A stretch of 64,000 nt of DNA from an uncultured Verrucomicrobiae bacterium (GTDB lineage: Bacteria > Verrucomicrobiota > Verrucomicrobiia > Chthoniobacterales > Chthoniobacteraceae). Location of the stretch: contig CAVYKI010000003.1 of assembly GCA_963769025.1 (NCBI GenBank), positions 576,001 to 640,000 on the forward strand, written 5' to 3'. The translations under genes and the position numbers were made by a program. The notes beneath the pieces were generated by a model. The model was not told where the DNA came from, did no database searches, and was given only the letters and a program-made list of their open reading frames with translations. The first letter of the stretch is position 1, and every line of letters starts with the position of its first letter. Positions 1 through 13,705 of this stretch are shown here, piece after piece.

Positions 1-49
1 GCCAAATAGAATCGCACGAGCCGCCTCATCCACTTCAGACCCCACTCCC

Positions 50-1496
50 ATGCCATCATCCAACAACGCGTCCTCACTCCTCCACTGCCGCGGCCCGATC
101 AGCCGCCGCGGATTCATGCGCGTCGGGCTCTCCGGTTTCGCGACTCTGAGCCTGCCAGGGCTGCTGCGCTTGCGCGCAGAGAATGCGGCTCAAGCCGCCG
201 CAGGAAAGAACCGCGGTGATCATGGTGTGGCTGCTCGGCGGACTCTCGCACGTGGACACGTACGACCCGAAGCCGGACATCGGCAGCGAGTATCGCGGGC
301 CGTTCAAGACCATCGGCACGAAGGTGCCCGGCACTGCGCATCACCGAGCTGCTGCCGATGCAGGCGAAGATCGCGGACAAATTCACGGTGCTGCGCTCGA
401 TGACGCACCGCCGGCGGACATCCCGCGGGCATCGATGCAGATGCTCTCGGGCGATCCGGACGAGCGCGACAAGCCCAAGCCGAAACTCCCCGACTGGATG
501 TGCGTGGCCAATTACCTGCGCTCGAAAAATGCGGAGCGGACCAACCCGCTGCCGAACTATGTCGGCGGTGAATCCGCATCGGGAATACGTACGCAGGCCC
601 GGCGTATCTCGGCGACGCGTACTCGCCGTTCGCGGTGATGGACGACCCGAACCGCCCGAACTTCGAGGTCCCCAACATCGGCCTGAGCCGATCCCGCGGA
701 GACGCGCCGCCTCAGCGACCGCATCGCTGCTCCGGCAGAGTCTCGACACGCTGGAGCGCTCCTTCGACAAGGAAGGCGAACTGGGCGCGCTGGATCAGTT
801 CGAGGCGCAGGCGCTGACGCTGCTGACGAACCCACGCACGCGCGACGCCTTCGACCTGGGCAAGGAGGACAAACAGACCCGCGACCGCTACGGACGCAAC
901 CGCTGGGGCCAGCAGCTCCTGCTCGCACGCCGCCTGGTCGAGTCCGGGCGTGGAGATCATCACACAGCAACCTGCACGGCCCGCTGTGCGGACCGCGGTG
1001 CAACAACTGGGACGACCACGCGGTGAACAGCACCAGTGTTCGAGGCGCTGCGCTATCCGCTGCGGCGCCTACGATCAGGCCGTGTCGGCACTCATCGAGG
1101 ACATCTACGCCCGCGGGCTCGACAAGCGGGTGCTCGTCGTCGTCACCGGTGAATTTGGCCGCACGCCGAAGATCAGCTTCGACCGCAGCACCGGCGCGCA
1201 GCGCCGCGAGCGCCCCGGCAGGCACGCTGCAGCCCGGACGCGACCACTGGCCGCGGGCATTCTCAAACATCTGGGCCGGCGGCGGCATCCAGACCGGCGG
1301 CATCATCGGCGCGACCGACAAGCGCGGCGAAGACGTAGTCGAGCGCGCCTGCGGCCCCGGCGACTTCCTCTCGACGATCTACCATCACCTCGGCATCGAC
1401 GCGTCGAAGGTCACCATCAACGACTTCAACGGCCGACCGACGCATCTCGTGAACGACGGCCGACCGATCCCGGAGCTGATGGGACGCGCAATCTGA
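50..1496 (+). CDS. DUF1501 domain-containing protein (frameshifted, probably sequencing indels)
   Basis: Pieces in successive frames: TAT-like SRRGFMRVG, WLLGGLSHVDTYDPKP, RDRYGRNRWGQQLLLARRLVE, VTGEFGRTPKI, GRDHWPRAFS...AGGGI. Confidence 0.85.
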
Positions 1497-1534
1497 GCGG
1501 GACGCACCGCAGTCCGAGCTGAACTGAAAAGGCC

Positions 1535-2518
1535 ATGCGTCCCGGGACTTTTGCAGCAGCACTGATCTTGGCGTCGGCGCCTTTTGAAAATCGCGCCTCG
1601 GCGCTCGAACCGAAGCACGAACCCGTGCGCGACTGGCCCGCCCTGCCGGAGGGTCACGTGCTCGGGCAGTGCGCTGGCGTCGGCGTGGATTCGCGGGGCA
1701 ACGTGTTTGTGTTTCACCGCAGCGGCCGGGAATGGAGCACTCCTTTTCCCGAGGATCCCATCGCGGCACCGACGGTGAGCGTGCTGGACGGTCGCAGCGG
1801 GAAGCTGCTCGCTTCATGGGGCGCGGGCGAATTCATCCTGCCGCACGGGCTGACGCTCGACCATGAGGACAACGTGTGGCTTACCGACGTAGGGCGGCAG
1901 CAGGTCTTCAAATTCACACACGACGGGAAATTGCTCATGACGCTCGGCGAGCGCGGCCGCGCGGGGGCGGATCAAAATCATTTCAACCTCCCGACCGACG
2001 TGGCGGTGCTCGCGGACGGATCGTTCTACGTGAGCGACGGCTACCGGAACACGCGCGTGGTGAAGTTCGATGCGGCGGGCCGCTACGAATTCGAGTGGGG
2101 CGGCAAGGGCGGCGAGCCGGGGCAGTTCAACCTCCCGCACGGGATCGCGGTGGACGGACGCGGGCGCGTGATCGTCTGCGATCGCAGCAACGCGCGGCTG
2201 CAGGTCTTCGATCCGCGCGGAAAATTTCTCGCCGAATGGAAAGGCCCGCAGATCGGCCGGCCGTACGGCGTGAGCGTCGGCGCGGATGGGCATGTATTCG
2301 CGGTGGATGGCGGCGACCAGGGCGCGACGAAGCCCGACCGCGGAAAAGTCGTGGAGCTCGATGCCGAGGGAAATCTCGTGGACAGCTTCGGCTCGGCGGG
2401 CAGCGGCCCGGGGCAGTTTCGGCTCGGTCACGACATCGCCGTTGCGCGCGACGGCTCGGTGTATGTGGCCGAAGGGAAGGGCAGGCGCGTGCAGAAATTC
2501 ACCCCGAGAAAGCCATGA
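1535..2518 (+). CDS. NHL-repeat protein, peptidyl-alpha-hydroxyglycine alpha-amidating lyase family
   Basis: Intact 327-aa ORF with signal peptide and NHL repeats (PHGLTLD, FNLPTDVAV, VSDGYRNTRV, FNLPHGIAVD). Confidence 0.85.
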   Translation: MRPGTFAAALILASAPFENRASALEPKHEPVRDWPALPEGHVLGQCAGVGVDSRGNVFVFHRSGREWSTPFPEDPIAAPTVSVLDGRSGKLLASWGAGEFILPHGLTLDHEDNVWLTDVGRQQVFKFTHDGKLLMTLGERGRAGADQNHFNLPTDVAVLADGSFYVSDGYRNTRVVKFDAAGRYEFEWGGKGGEPGQFNLPHGIAVDGRGRVIVCDRSNARLQVFDPRGKFLAEWKGPQIGRPYGVSVGADGHVFAVDGGDQGATKPDRGKVVELDAEGNLVDSFGSAGSGPGQFRLGHDIAVARDGSVYVAEGKGRRVQKFTPRKP

Positions 2519-4009
2519 AAGGCCTGCTGTTGTTGCTGGCGGTCTTGGCCGGGATGAGCGCCGCACGAGCGGCCGAACTCTCCGCCGGAGTCGCCAAGGT
2601 GGACATCACCGATCGCGCGGCGGGCCCGGTGAATGATCCGTTGTTCGCGAAGGCGCTCGTTTTGAAAAGCGGCGGAACGACCGTGGTGCTCATCACCGTG
2701 GATGCCGTGGCGATCGGGGAGATCGGACGGATCGGGAATGGATTCCTGGCGGACGTGCGTGCGCAGCTGGAGAAGGAGCTGCACATCCCACCAGCGAGTG
2801 TGCTGATCAACGCGAGCCATTGCCACGGGGTCGTGCGCGGTGACACTGCGCAACTGGTGGTCCAGGCGGTGAAGGAGGCGGCGCAAAGCATGGTCAACGT
2901 TAAAGCGGGTGCGGGCACGGGTCGGGAGAATCGGATCAGCGAGAACCGCCGACTGAGGATGAAGGACGGCAGCGAAGTGGACATGCGGCGCGCGTACTCG
3001 ATGCCGCGCGATGAGGACGTGGCGGGCATTGGGCCGATCGATCCGCAGATCGGACTGCTGCGGCTGGATCGCGAGGACGGCCGACCGCTGGCGGTGCTCT
3101 ACAATTTTGCCTGTCATCCGATCATGAATCCGCCCAGCAAGGGCAATTCGGCGGACTATCCCGGCTTTGCCTCGAAGGTGATCGAGGAGAACCTGGGCGG
3201 AGGAGCGATCGCGTTCTTCGTGCAAGGCTGTGCCGGAGACATCAATCCCGTGCGCTACAAGGAAGTGAGCCGCCCGGCGGATGCGGAACCGCTCGGAAAC
3301 ATGCTCGGTCTCGAGCGTGCTGCGCGCTGTGCGGCAGATCAAAACCAAGGCTGGCGGCGCACTGAGGATCAGCAACGAAGTCATCGCGCTGCCGCGGGGC
3401 GCCGATTTCGACCGGCGTATCGCCGCGATCCAGGCGGAGCAGGTCAAGCTGCTGGGAGCGCTCAAGGCGACCAACATCAATTTCAAGACCTTCCTGCCGC
3501 TGCTGCTCCAGGAGAGGCTCTCGCCGGACTTTCCCTCGCACTACGCGCAGAGCTATCTGCACGATCAGGCGCTCGACCGGAAGGCGCTGTCGCAGCTCGA
3601 TGCCGACAATCGCGCGAGCGTGGAAGCCTACCTGCACAATCTCAAGATCATGGAGCAGCTCACACGGCTGAACACGAACCTCGCGCTTCTCAAAAAGCAC
3701 CTCGCGCAACACCAGTCCGCGGGAAAACCGACGATCGATGTCGAAGTGGCCGGCGTCCGCATCGGTGACTTCAAGATGGTGACCTTTCCCGGCGAACTGA
3801 CCGTGCAAGTCGGCCTCAACATCAAGAACGCGGCGAATGATCCGCACGCCTTCGTCGCGGGATACACGAACGGCTACATCTATTACGCGCCGACCGCCGA
3901 GCAGCGGGACAACACCGGCTACGCACAGGAGGATTGCGACTCGCTCGTCGCGCCGGAATGGCAGAAAGTGTTCGAGTCGAAGGCGCTGGAGGTCTTGAAG
4001 AAACTCTAA
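2515..4009 (+). CDS. Secreted neutral/alkaline ceramidase-like hydrolase (one frameshift near 3310)
   Basis: ATGA overlap with upstream gene; signal peptide; AGVAKVDIT, INASHCH, NFACHP, SADYPG, QGCAGDINP, FPGEL, GYTNGYIYYAP motifs. Confidence 0.75.
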
Positions 4010-4108
4010 GCCCGGCCCTGTTTCCGAAGTCATCTCTTCAATGAACCTCCCCATTTTTGCCGGCCCCACAGCCGCTCCGCTCGGCAGCCGGCTTTTTCCC
4101 GCCTCTGC

Positions 4109-6829
4109 GTGATGACCCGCGCGCTTTCGATTTCATTGATCACCTTGCTCGCCTGCGCGACGCGCGTAGCATCCGGCGCTGCGCAGCCTTCCGCAGGGCA
4201 GATCGAGTTTTTTGAAAAGCAGATTCGCCCCATCCTTGCGGAGCGCTGCTACGAATGCCACAGCGACGGGAAAAAACAGAAAGGCGGGCTCTCGCTCGAT
4301 ACGCGCGAGTCCACGCTCAGGGGCGGCGACACGGGACCGACGCTGGTGCCCGGCGATCCGGAGAAGAGCCTGCTGATCGAGGCGGTGCGTTACAAGAATC
4401 ATGACCTGCAGATGCCGCCGAAGAAGCGGCTCGCGGACAGCGAAGTGCAGGCGCTCGAGGAATGGGTGAAAATGGGCGCGCCTGACCCGCGCGACGCGGC
4501 GCCGGTCGCGAAACCCGGAAGGGTGATCGACATCGACGAGGGGCGGAAATTCTGGAGCTTCGCGCCGCTGGCATGTGTCGAACCGCCGAAGGTCCCGGAC
4601 GCGAAGTCGCCGGTCGACGCCTTCATCCGCGCAAAGCTGCAGGAGAAGGGACTCACCTCCGCACCGCCCGCGGACAAACGCACGCTGATCCGACGCGCGA
4701 CATTCGACCTGACCGGACTGCCTCCCACGCCGCAGGAGGTGGATGCCTTTCTCGCCGACACGTCTCCGGAGGCATTCGACAAGGTCATCGAGCGCCTGCT
4801 CGCCTCGCCGCACTATGGCGAGCGCTGGGGACGGCACTGGCTCGATGTCGCGCGCTATGCGGACTCGAACGGCATGGACGAGAACATCGCCTTCGGCAAC
4901 GCGTGGCGCTACCGCGACTACGTCGTGCGCGCGTTCAACGACGACAAGCCGTTCGACCAATTCCTCATCGAGCAAATCGCCGGGGATCTGCTGCCGCCGC
5001 AGCGAGGATGCACTCACCGCCACGGGCTTCCTCGCGCTCGGCGCGCAGGTGCTGGCGGAGCCGGACATGCAGAAGCTCGAGATGGACATCATCGACGAGC
5101 AGATCGACACGCTCGGGCAAGGCGTTCCTGGGCATGACCCTCGGCTGCGCGCGCTGCCACGATCACAAGTTCGATCCCATCACGCAGGAGGACTACTACG
5201 CGCTGGCGGCCATCTTCCGCAGCACGCGGAGCCTCGCGGCGGAGAAAATGGGCGCGATCAAGTTCTGGTACGAGCACTCGCTCGCCACGCCGGAGCAACT
5301 CGAGGCGAAGAAGAAATTCGACGCGGACCTGAAAGCGAAGAAAGCGGAGGTCGCCGCCTTCACGGCAAGGCACGGAGCGAGGTGAAAGCCGAGCTGCAGC
5401 GCCGGGCCGCGGACTATCTTGCTGCGGCCGTCGCGGCTGCCATCGAAGGCGACAGCTCGCAGACGCTGTTTCCGCGGCCAAGGCGGGCGCAACTCGACGC
5501 GCGATATCGTGCTTTCCTGCCGGCAGTACCTCGACCTGCAACCCGGAGCATCCCGTCTTCGCCGAATGGCGCGCACTGCGCCGCAAAGAAGGACGCCGAG
5601 GCGGTGCGGAAACACTACGCGCCGCTTTTCACCGAGGCGCTCGCGACGAAAAAAGGCCCGGCCTACGCCGCGCTCGCGGACGCCAAAGGGCATCCTCGCC
5701 CTTCCCGCGAAGGACGCCGACGTGCTCGACGCGGCGACGCTCGCGAAGATCGCCGCGATGAACAAGGAGGTGGAGGAATTTGACGGCGACGACAGCCGGA
5801 TCTGCCGGCGCTCATGAGCGTGGCGGACGGCAACGATCGTGAAGACCCTGCCGGTGCACATCCGCGGCAGCTACCTCACGCTCGGCAAGCCGGTGGAGCG
5901 CGGCTTTCCCGAGGTGATGCGGACGAGCTTCACCAAGCCGATCCTTCCCGCAAAGCACAGCGGCCGGCTCGAGCTCGCGCGCTGGATGGCCAGCAGCGAA
6001 CATCCGCTGACCGCGCGCGTGATCGTGAACCGCGTCTGGCGCTGGCACTTCGGCGCGGGAATCGTGAGCAGCACCGGATAATTTCGGCATCCTCGGCGGC
6101 AAGCCCTCCCATCCCGAACTGCTCGACTGGCTCGCGCGGACGTTCATCGAGAGCGGCTGGTCGCATCAAGGACCTGCACCGGCTCCTCATGAAATCGGCG
6201 GCATACCAGCAGGCCAGCAGCGTGGCTTTTTCCGGTCCGGAGAAAGCCGACCCGCGCATCGTCGATCCGGAAAACCGGCTGCTCTGGCGCGCGAACATCC
6301 AGCGGCTCGAAGCGGAGCAGATCCGCGACGCGATGCTTTTCACGAGCGGCTGGCTGAGCACGGAGATCGGCGGCAAGACGATCCCGCTGCGCAACCGCGA
6401 GTTTGTCTTCAACCACACCAGCAAGGACGCGACGACCTACGAGAGCCCGCGCCGCGCGCTCTATCTGCCGATCATCCGGAATCATCTCTACGACATGCTG
6501 GAGCAGTTCGACTACCCGGACCCGACGATGCCGACGGGCAGCCGCAACAGCACCGTCATCGCACCGCAGGCGCTCATCATGATGAACGCGCCGGTCGTCA
6601 TGGAGAGCGCCTCACGCCTCGCTGCGCGGCTCGCCTCGCTGACGGACGATGAGCAACGCGTCGAGCAAGCGTATGCGTTGCTTTACGGACGCCCTCCGGC
6701 GGAACACGAGAAAGCCGAGGCGCTCGCGCTGCTCCGCGAAATCCGCGCTGACGGAAAAGCCAGACCGCGCGCTGGGCGCTGCTCTGCCAGACACTCTTCG
6801 CAGCGAACGAATTCATCTACCTGCGGTGA
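4109..6829 (+). CDS. PSD1/planctomycete cytochrome c protein (PSCyt1 + DUF1549 + DUF1553), frameshifted
   Basis: [69 protein letters not shown]-terminal EFIYLR. Confidence 0.9.
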
Positions 6830-6834
6830 ACACC

Positions 6835-8250
6835 ATGGAACCATTCCAACCTCTCACCCGCCGCACGATGCTCCAGCGCAGCGCTGGCGGCTTTGGCTGG
6901 CTTGCATTGCAGGCCATGCTCGGGCGCGAGACCGCGCAGGCCGCGGTGGAAAATCCGCTCGCGCCGAAGCAGCCGCATTTCCCGCGCGGGCGAAGCGCGT
7001 CATCTTTCTCTTCATGAAGGGCGGGCCGAGCCATGTGGATACGTTCGATCCGAAGCCGCTGCTCGCAGCGCGACGACGGCAAGCCGTATCCCTTCAAGCA
7101 GCCGCGCATGAAGTTTGCCGAGACCGGCAAGCTGCTGAAGTCACCGTGGAGCTTCAAGCAATACGGCCAGAGCGGGCTGCCGGTGAGCGAGCTTTTCCCG
7201 AACGTCGCGCAGTGCGTGGACGACCTCTGCATCCTCCGCTCGCTGCACGGCACGAATCCCGCGCACGGCGGCGCGCTGCTGAAACTGCACACCGGCAGCG
7301 ACACGCAGGTGCGCCCGAGCATGGGCTCGTGGGTGATCTACGGACTCGGCACGGAGAACGAGAATCTGCCCGGCTTCATCACGATCTGCCCGACGCTCGC
7401 GCACGGCGGCGTGAACAACTGGGGCGCGGCATTTCTGCCCGCGTACTGCCAGGGCACGCCGATCGGCAATGCGAGCATCCCGTCCGACAAGGCGCTCGTG
7501 CGGCACATCCGCAACGAACTGATCAGCGGCGCGACGCAGCGCAAGCAGCTCGATTTTCTCGCGAAGGTGAACCGCGAGCATCTCGCGCTCGACCGGGCCC
7601 GATCTCGCGCTGGAAGGACGCATCAATTCCTTCGAACTCGCCTACCGCATGCAGAGCACGATGCCCGAGGCGCAGGACGTGAGCGGCGAAAGCGACGCGA
7701 CGAAAAAGCTCTACGGCATGGACAATCCCGTGACGGAGAACTTCGGCCGCCAGTGCCTGATGGCGCGGCGCTTCCTCGAGCGCGGCGTGCGCTTCGTGCA
7801 GGTGACGCACAGCGACGGCGAGGTGCAGTGGGACCAGCACGGCAATCTTTTCAAAGGCCACACGAAGAACGCCGCGGAAGTGGACAAGCCGATCGCGGGC
7901 TTTCTGACAGGACCTGAAATCGCGCGGGCTGCTCGACGACACGCTCGTGCTCTGGGGCGGCGAATTCGGCCGCACGCCGACCGCGCAAGGCGACTGACGG
8001 CCGCGACCACAATCCGCACGGCTTCACGATGTGGATGGCCGGCGGCGGCGTGAAGCGGGCATCGCCTACGGCGCGACCGACGACTACGGCTACTTCGCGC
8101 AGGAGGACAAGATGCACATCCACGACCTGCACGCGACGATCCTCGCATCTGCTGGGCTTGAATCACGAGAAGCTGACCTACCGCTATGCCGGCCGCGATT
8201 TCCGCCTCACCGATGTCGAGGGGCACGTCGTGAAGGACATCCTCGCGTAA
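6835..8250 (+). CDS. DUF1501 domain-containing protein (frameshifted)
   Basis: [12 protein letters not shown]-like start, [62 protein letters not shown]; directly follows a DUF1553 gene, the usual pairing. Confidence 0.9.
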
Positions 8251-8274
8251 CGCTTCCTTCCTCCTCCCGGAATC

Positions 8275-9027
8275 ATGAACAAAATCGATCTGACCAGACG
8301 GAATGCCATCGTCACCGGTGGCGCCCGCGGCATCGGGCTCGCCATCGCGCGACGGCTGCTGGAATCGGGGGCCGGCGTTTCGCTTTGGGATGTGGATGCT
8401 GCGGCGCTCGCGCAGGCGGCGGAGGAATTGAAATCGCTCGGCACGGTGCACACCGCCGTGGTGGACGTGACGCGCGCCGATTCGGCGGAAGCCGGAGCCG
8501 CATCGTCGTCGCAGGCACTCGGCAAGCTCGACATTCTCGTGAACAACGCGGGCATCGCCGGCAGCAATGCGAAGGTGTGGGAGACCGACCCTGCGGAATG
8601 GCGGCGCGTGCTCGACATCAATCTCAACGGGCCATTCCACTGCTGCCGCGCGGTCATCCCGCACCTGCTGCGCAATGGCTACGGGCGCATCGTCAACATC
8701 GCCTCCATCGCGGGCAAGGAAGGCAATCCGAACGCCGCGCACTACAGCGCATCGAAGGCGGGCGTCGTCGCGCTGACGAAGTCGCTCGGCAAGGAACTCG
8801 CGACGAGCAACGTCATCGTGAACTGCATCACGCCCGCCGTCATCGAGACCGACATCCTCAAGCAGATGGCGCAGTCGCACATCGACTACATGCTTTCCAA
8901 AATCCCGATGGGCCGCTTCGGAAAAACCACCGAGGCCGCGGCGCTCGTCGCCTGGCTCTGCTCGGAGGACTGCTCCTTCTCGACCGGCGCAGTCTTCGAT
9001 CTCTCCGGCGGACGCGCCACTTACTGA
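8275..9027 (+). CDS. SDR family NAD(P)-dependent oxidoreductase
   Basis: TGGARGIG, NNAGI, YSASK catalytic motif; intact 250 aa. Confidence 0.92.
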   Translation: MNKIDLTRRNAIVTGGARGIGLAIARRLLESGAGVSLWDVDAAALAQAAEELKSLGTVHTAVVDVTRADSAEAGAASSSQALGKLDILVNNAGIAGSNAKVWETDPAEWRRVLDINLNGPFHCCRAVIPHLLRNGYGRIVNIASIAGKEGNPNAAHYSASKAGVVALTKSLGKELATSNVIVNCITPAVIETDILKQMAQSHIDYMLSKIPMGRFGKTTEAAALVAWLCSEDCSFSTGAVFDLSGGRATY

Positions 9028-9042
9028 GCCGGGATTTTCCGA

Positions 9043-10292
9043 GTGAACAACGAAGCCCCCCGCTCACGTCCCGCCTCGTGGAAATGGTGGATCACCGGCC
9101 TGCTCCTGCTGGCCACGATGATCAACTACATGGATCGCGTGACCCTCGCGAACGCGTCCGTGCGCGTGACGCGCGAGCTGGGATTGAGCGAAGCGCAATA
9201 TGGGAATCTCGAGCTCGCCTTCGGCTGGGCGTTCGCGGCGGGTTCGCTCGTGTTCGGATTCCTCGCGGATCGGTTGCGCGTCTATTTGCTCTATCCCGCC
9301 GTTCTCGCCGCGTGGTCGCTCATGGGAATGGCGGCAGGATGGAGCAATGGCTTTTCCGAGCTGATGGTGTGCCGCACGCTGCTCGGGTTTTTCGAGGCCG
9401 GCCACTGGCCCTGCGCACTGAAGACCACCTTCACGCTGCTCAACGAGAAGGACCGCACCATGGGCAACAGCGTGCTGCAAAGCGGCGCGTCCATCGGCGC
9501 GATCGTCACGCCGCAGATCATGAAAGTGCTGATGACCGACCAGCCGGGTTCATGGCGCACGACCTTCGTCGTCGTCGGTGCCGTGGGCTTTCTGTGGGTC
9601 GCTGCATGGCTCATCCTCATGCGGCCCCGCGACCTCGACCGCGCGCCGGCACCTGCGGAGAAAAAAAACGACGGCCTTGCTCTCGGCGTCATCCTGCGCA
9701 GCGGGAGGTTCTGGGCCGTCGCGCTGCTCATCCTCGGCGCGCAGACCGTCTGGCACATCTACCGCGTGTGGCTGATGAAATTTCTGCAAACCGGCCGCGG
9801 CTACGGCGGAGGACCAGGCGCTCAATTTCAACTCCGCTCTACTTCGTCGCCACGGATGTCGGCTGCATCCTCGCCGGCGTCGTTTCGCTCTGGCTGGTCC
9901 GCCGGCGCGCAGCATCGCCGCACGATGCGCGGCGCACGGTGTATGCAGGCGCATGCGTGCTCACGTCGCTCAGCGTCCTCCTGCCGTGGCTGGACAAAGG
10001 CTGGCCGCTGCTCGCCACGCTGCTGCTCATCGGCGCCGGCGCGCTCGCGCTGTTCCCGTGCTACTACAGCTTCGTGCAGGAACTCTCGTCCACGCACGTG
10101 GGCCGTCTGACCGGCCTGCTGAGCCTGTGGGTGTGGGCGGTGACTTCGCCGATGCACAGTTTCTTCGGGATGCTCGCGGATCGCACGAAGAGCTACGACC
10201 TCGGCCTCGTCGTCGCCGGACTTGCGCCGTGGATCGGCGTCATTGCCATGAAAGTGCTCTGGCGGAAAAGCGAAACGCCAGCCGCCTGCTGA
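9043..10292 (+). CDS. MFS transporter (ExuT/hexuronate-like), frameshift near 9820
   Basis: ATMINYMDR, RTLLGFFEAGHWP, SIGAIVTP, many hydrophobic helices. Confidence 0.85.
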
Positions 10293-10336
10293 CCCACGCC
10301 TTCACGTTCGCTCTCACCACTCTCTCCTCCCCATCC

Positions 10337-12498
10337 ATGACCACCAATCCCCCGCTCCCATCCCGCCGTTCGCCGCTGAAGGCGAGCCTCCTCACATTTG
10401 CGCTCATCGCAGCGTGCATCCTGCCGCTCCGCGCCGAGTTCAAGGCCGGCGCCGCAGCCGTGGATATCACGCCGGTGAAGCTGCCGGTGCTGGTCAATGG
10501 CGGCATGACTCAGCCGCTCCGTGGACAAGATCAACACACGCATCCACGCGCGCGCCGTCGCGCTGGCGGATGGCAAGGAGCAGACTCGTCATCGTCGTCG
10601 TGGACAGCTGCATGATGACGCGCCCACTGCTCGATGAAGCAAAGGCCCTGGCGGAAAAGCGCACGGGCATTCCCGCGAATCGCATGCTCATCTCCGCCAC
10701 GCATGCGCACAGCGCGCCGGCCTCGATGGGCTGTCTCGGCACCGACCCGGACCCGGCGTACGTGCCATTCCTGCGGGACAAGCTCGTGGAAGCCATCGCC
10801 GCCGCGCAGGCCGCTCTGGAGCCGGCGCGCATCGGTTTTGCAAAAGGCAGACGCCGCGGATTTCACCGCGGTGCGCCAATGGATCCGCCGGCCCGATCGC
10901 ATCGCGGAGGATCCGTTTGGAAACATGACGGTGCGCGCCAACATGCACGCCGGCCGGAACTGGGACGACGTCACCGGCGAGGCCGGCCCGGAAGATCCCG
11001 ATCTCTCGCTCATCTCGATCCAGGCGCGCGACGGCCGCCCGCTCGCGGTGCTGGGGAATTTCTCGATGCACTACTTCGGCGACAAGGACATCAGCGCGGA
11101 TTACTTCGGCCTCTTCTCCGAGGGCTTGAAGCAGCGCCTCGCGCCCGAGTCCGCGCCGGGCAAGCCGGCATTCGTCGGCATCATGTCGCACGGCTGCAGC
11201 GGCGACATCTACCGCGTGGATTACAAGATCCCGGAGAAGGACCGGCCGAAGCCGACGATCGATCGAATACACGAACGGCCTGCTCGACATCGCGATGAAC
11301 GCCTACAAAGGCATCCGGTATCGCGACGATGCGGACCTCGCGATGACCGAGCGGCGCATGACGCTCAACTACCGCGTGCCGGACAAGCAGCGCCTCGAAT
11401 GGGCGCAAGCGCATCGTCACCGAAATGGGCGACCGCCTCGCGAAGACTCCGACCGAGGTTTATGCGCGCGAGCAGATCATCCTGCACGAGCGGCAGAAGA
11501 CGGAGATCGTCGTGCAGGCATTGCGCATCGGCGACATCGGCATCGCCACCACGCCGTGCGAGACGTACGCGGTCACCGGCTTGAAGATCAAAGCCGCCAG
11601 CCCGCTGCCGCACAACATGGTGATCGAACTCGCCAATGGCGGCGACGGTTACATCCCGCCACCCGAGCAGCATCCCTTCGGCGGCTACAACACGTGGGCC
11701 GCGCGCTCCGCGGGACTCGAGGTCATGGCCGAACCGAAGATCGCGGAGGCCGCCATCGCGCTGCTGGAGAAGGTCAGCGGCAAGCCGCGCCGCGAGTGGA
11801 AGCTCAGCGACGGCGCCGCGGCGCGAGCAATCCTCGAAGCGAAGCCCGCGGCGTACTGGCGCATGAACGAGTTCACCGGCCCGCACGCGACGGACGCCAC
11901 CGGCCACGGCCATGACGCGGTCTATGAGCCCGGGATTACCTATTACCTCGACGGACCGCGCGCGGCGGAATTTTGCGCCGGCGGTGAAATCAATCGTGCG
12001 CCGCACTTCGTCGGCGGACGGATGCGCGCGCAGCTCGACGGACTGGCCGATCATTACTCGGTCTCGATGTGGCTCTGGAATGGCATGCCGAACGACGGCC
12101 GCGAGACCAGCGGCTGGCTCTTCTCGCGCGGCCACGATCACGGCCTCGGCGCACACGGCGATCACCTCGGCATCGGCGGAAAGAGCGGCAACACCGGGCG
12201 GCTCATTTTCTTTCACGGCGACGACTCCAACACGGTGGCCGCCGGAAAAACGGAGATCCCGCGCTGGCAATGGCAGCACGTGGTTCTCGTCCGCGATGGC
12301 GGGCTGGTGCGCGTGTATCTGAACGGCCAGCTCGACCTCGAAACGAAAGCCGCGACCGGCGCGCTCGCGAGCCTGGGCCAGTGTTTCTTCGGCGGCCGCA
12401 GCGACAACGACTCCAACTGGGAGGGGCGCCTCGACGAAATCGCCGTCTTTGATCGCGCGCTGAGTGCGGCGGAGGTGGCGAAGCTCCTCGTGAAATAG
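10337..12498 (+). CDS. Ceramidase-like hydrolase with C-terminal LamG/concanavalin-like domain (frameshifted)
   Basis: AGAAAVDITP, ISATHAHSAP, NFSMHY, LANGGDGYIPP; C-terminal WQHVVLVRDG...VYLNGQ...GRLDEIAVFDRAL. Confidence 0.75.
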
Positions 12499-12528
12499 AC
12501 CCATCGCACCAACGCGCACCCACTCATC

Positions 12529-13654
12529 ATGCTCACGGAATCGACACGACTGCGCGACTTTCCCGCCCTGTCGGAAATCACCTACCTCAACACCGCGGCG
12601 GAAAGCATCCCGCCACGCCGCACCGGCGAGGCCATTGAGGCCTATTGGCAGGACAAGCTGCGCGGCATGAAGGGGCGCGAAGGGCACTTCGCCGCGGTCG
12701 AGGCGTGCCGCGAGGTCAGCGCGCGGATGCTCAGCCTGCAAACGTCCGAGGTGTCGTTCTGCTCGTGCAGTTCGGAAGCCTACAACCTGCTCGCCACAGC
12801 GCTGCAACTCGGCGCGAAGGACGAAGTCGTCGTGAGCGATCTCGACTTCCCCGCCGGCGTGACGCCGTGGCTGCGCGCGACCGATGCGCCGGCTTTGCGG
12901 GTGTGGAAGGCGGTGGATGGTGCGCTGGATGCGGGCGATCTCGCGCCTTTGCTCAATGAACGCACGAAGCTCGTGCAGGTGTCGCTCGTGAGCTTTTACA
13001 ACGGGCATCGCATCGACTGGCGGCCCTTTCGCGACACGGTGCGCAGGCTCGCGCCGAATGCGGTCATCTCGGTGGACATCACGCAGGCGCTCGGCCGCGT
13101 GGTGCTCGACTGCGCAGGCGCGGACATCCTCATCTCCAGCACGCACAAGTGGACGCTCGGCATCCACGGCGGCTGCATCATCGGCATCCCGGCCGCGAGC
13201 GCCGCGCGGCTTACCACGCACGCCGGTGGCTGGCTGCATCTTGCAAAATGCCTTCGACGCCGATCGCTTCGAGCGCGCGGTAACGAAGCCGGGCGCGGCG
13301 AGCTTTTCCGTCGGCATGCCGAACTTCGTCGCGCTCTACGCGCTCAATGCCTCGCTGCGCTACCTCGAAGGCATCGGCATCTCAGCCATCGCCGCGCACG
13401 CTGACCCGCTAGTCGCCGAGGCTGAGGCGGGTCTCCGCGACGTCGGCCTGAAACCGATGTGCCGCTGGAATGGAACGGGCATCCTCGCCTTCCAACATCC
13501 GCGCAGCACCGAGCTGCACGCGGCGTTGGAGCGCGAAAATGTCCACGTGATGCACAATGCGGGGCGCATCCGCATCGCCGTGCACGGCTACAATACGGCG
13601 GGGGACATCGGCCAGTTCCTCCGCGTGCTCGAAACGCTGCTGCGGAGCGTCTGA
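12529..13654 (+). CDS. Class V PLP-dependent aminotransferase / cysteine desulfurase-like (frameshift near 13240)
   Basis: YLNTAA, DITQALG, SSTHKW (PLP lysine), RIAVHGYN. Confidence 0.85.
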
Positions 13655-13705
13655 CCGCCGGAGGCGCACTTCCAATCCCGCCATTTCACCCACATCATCC
13701 CCACC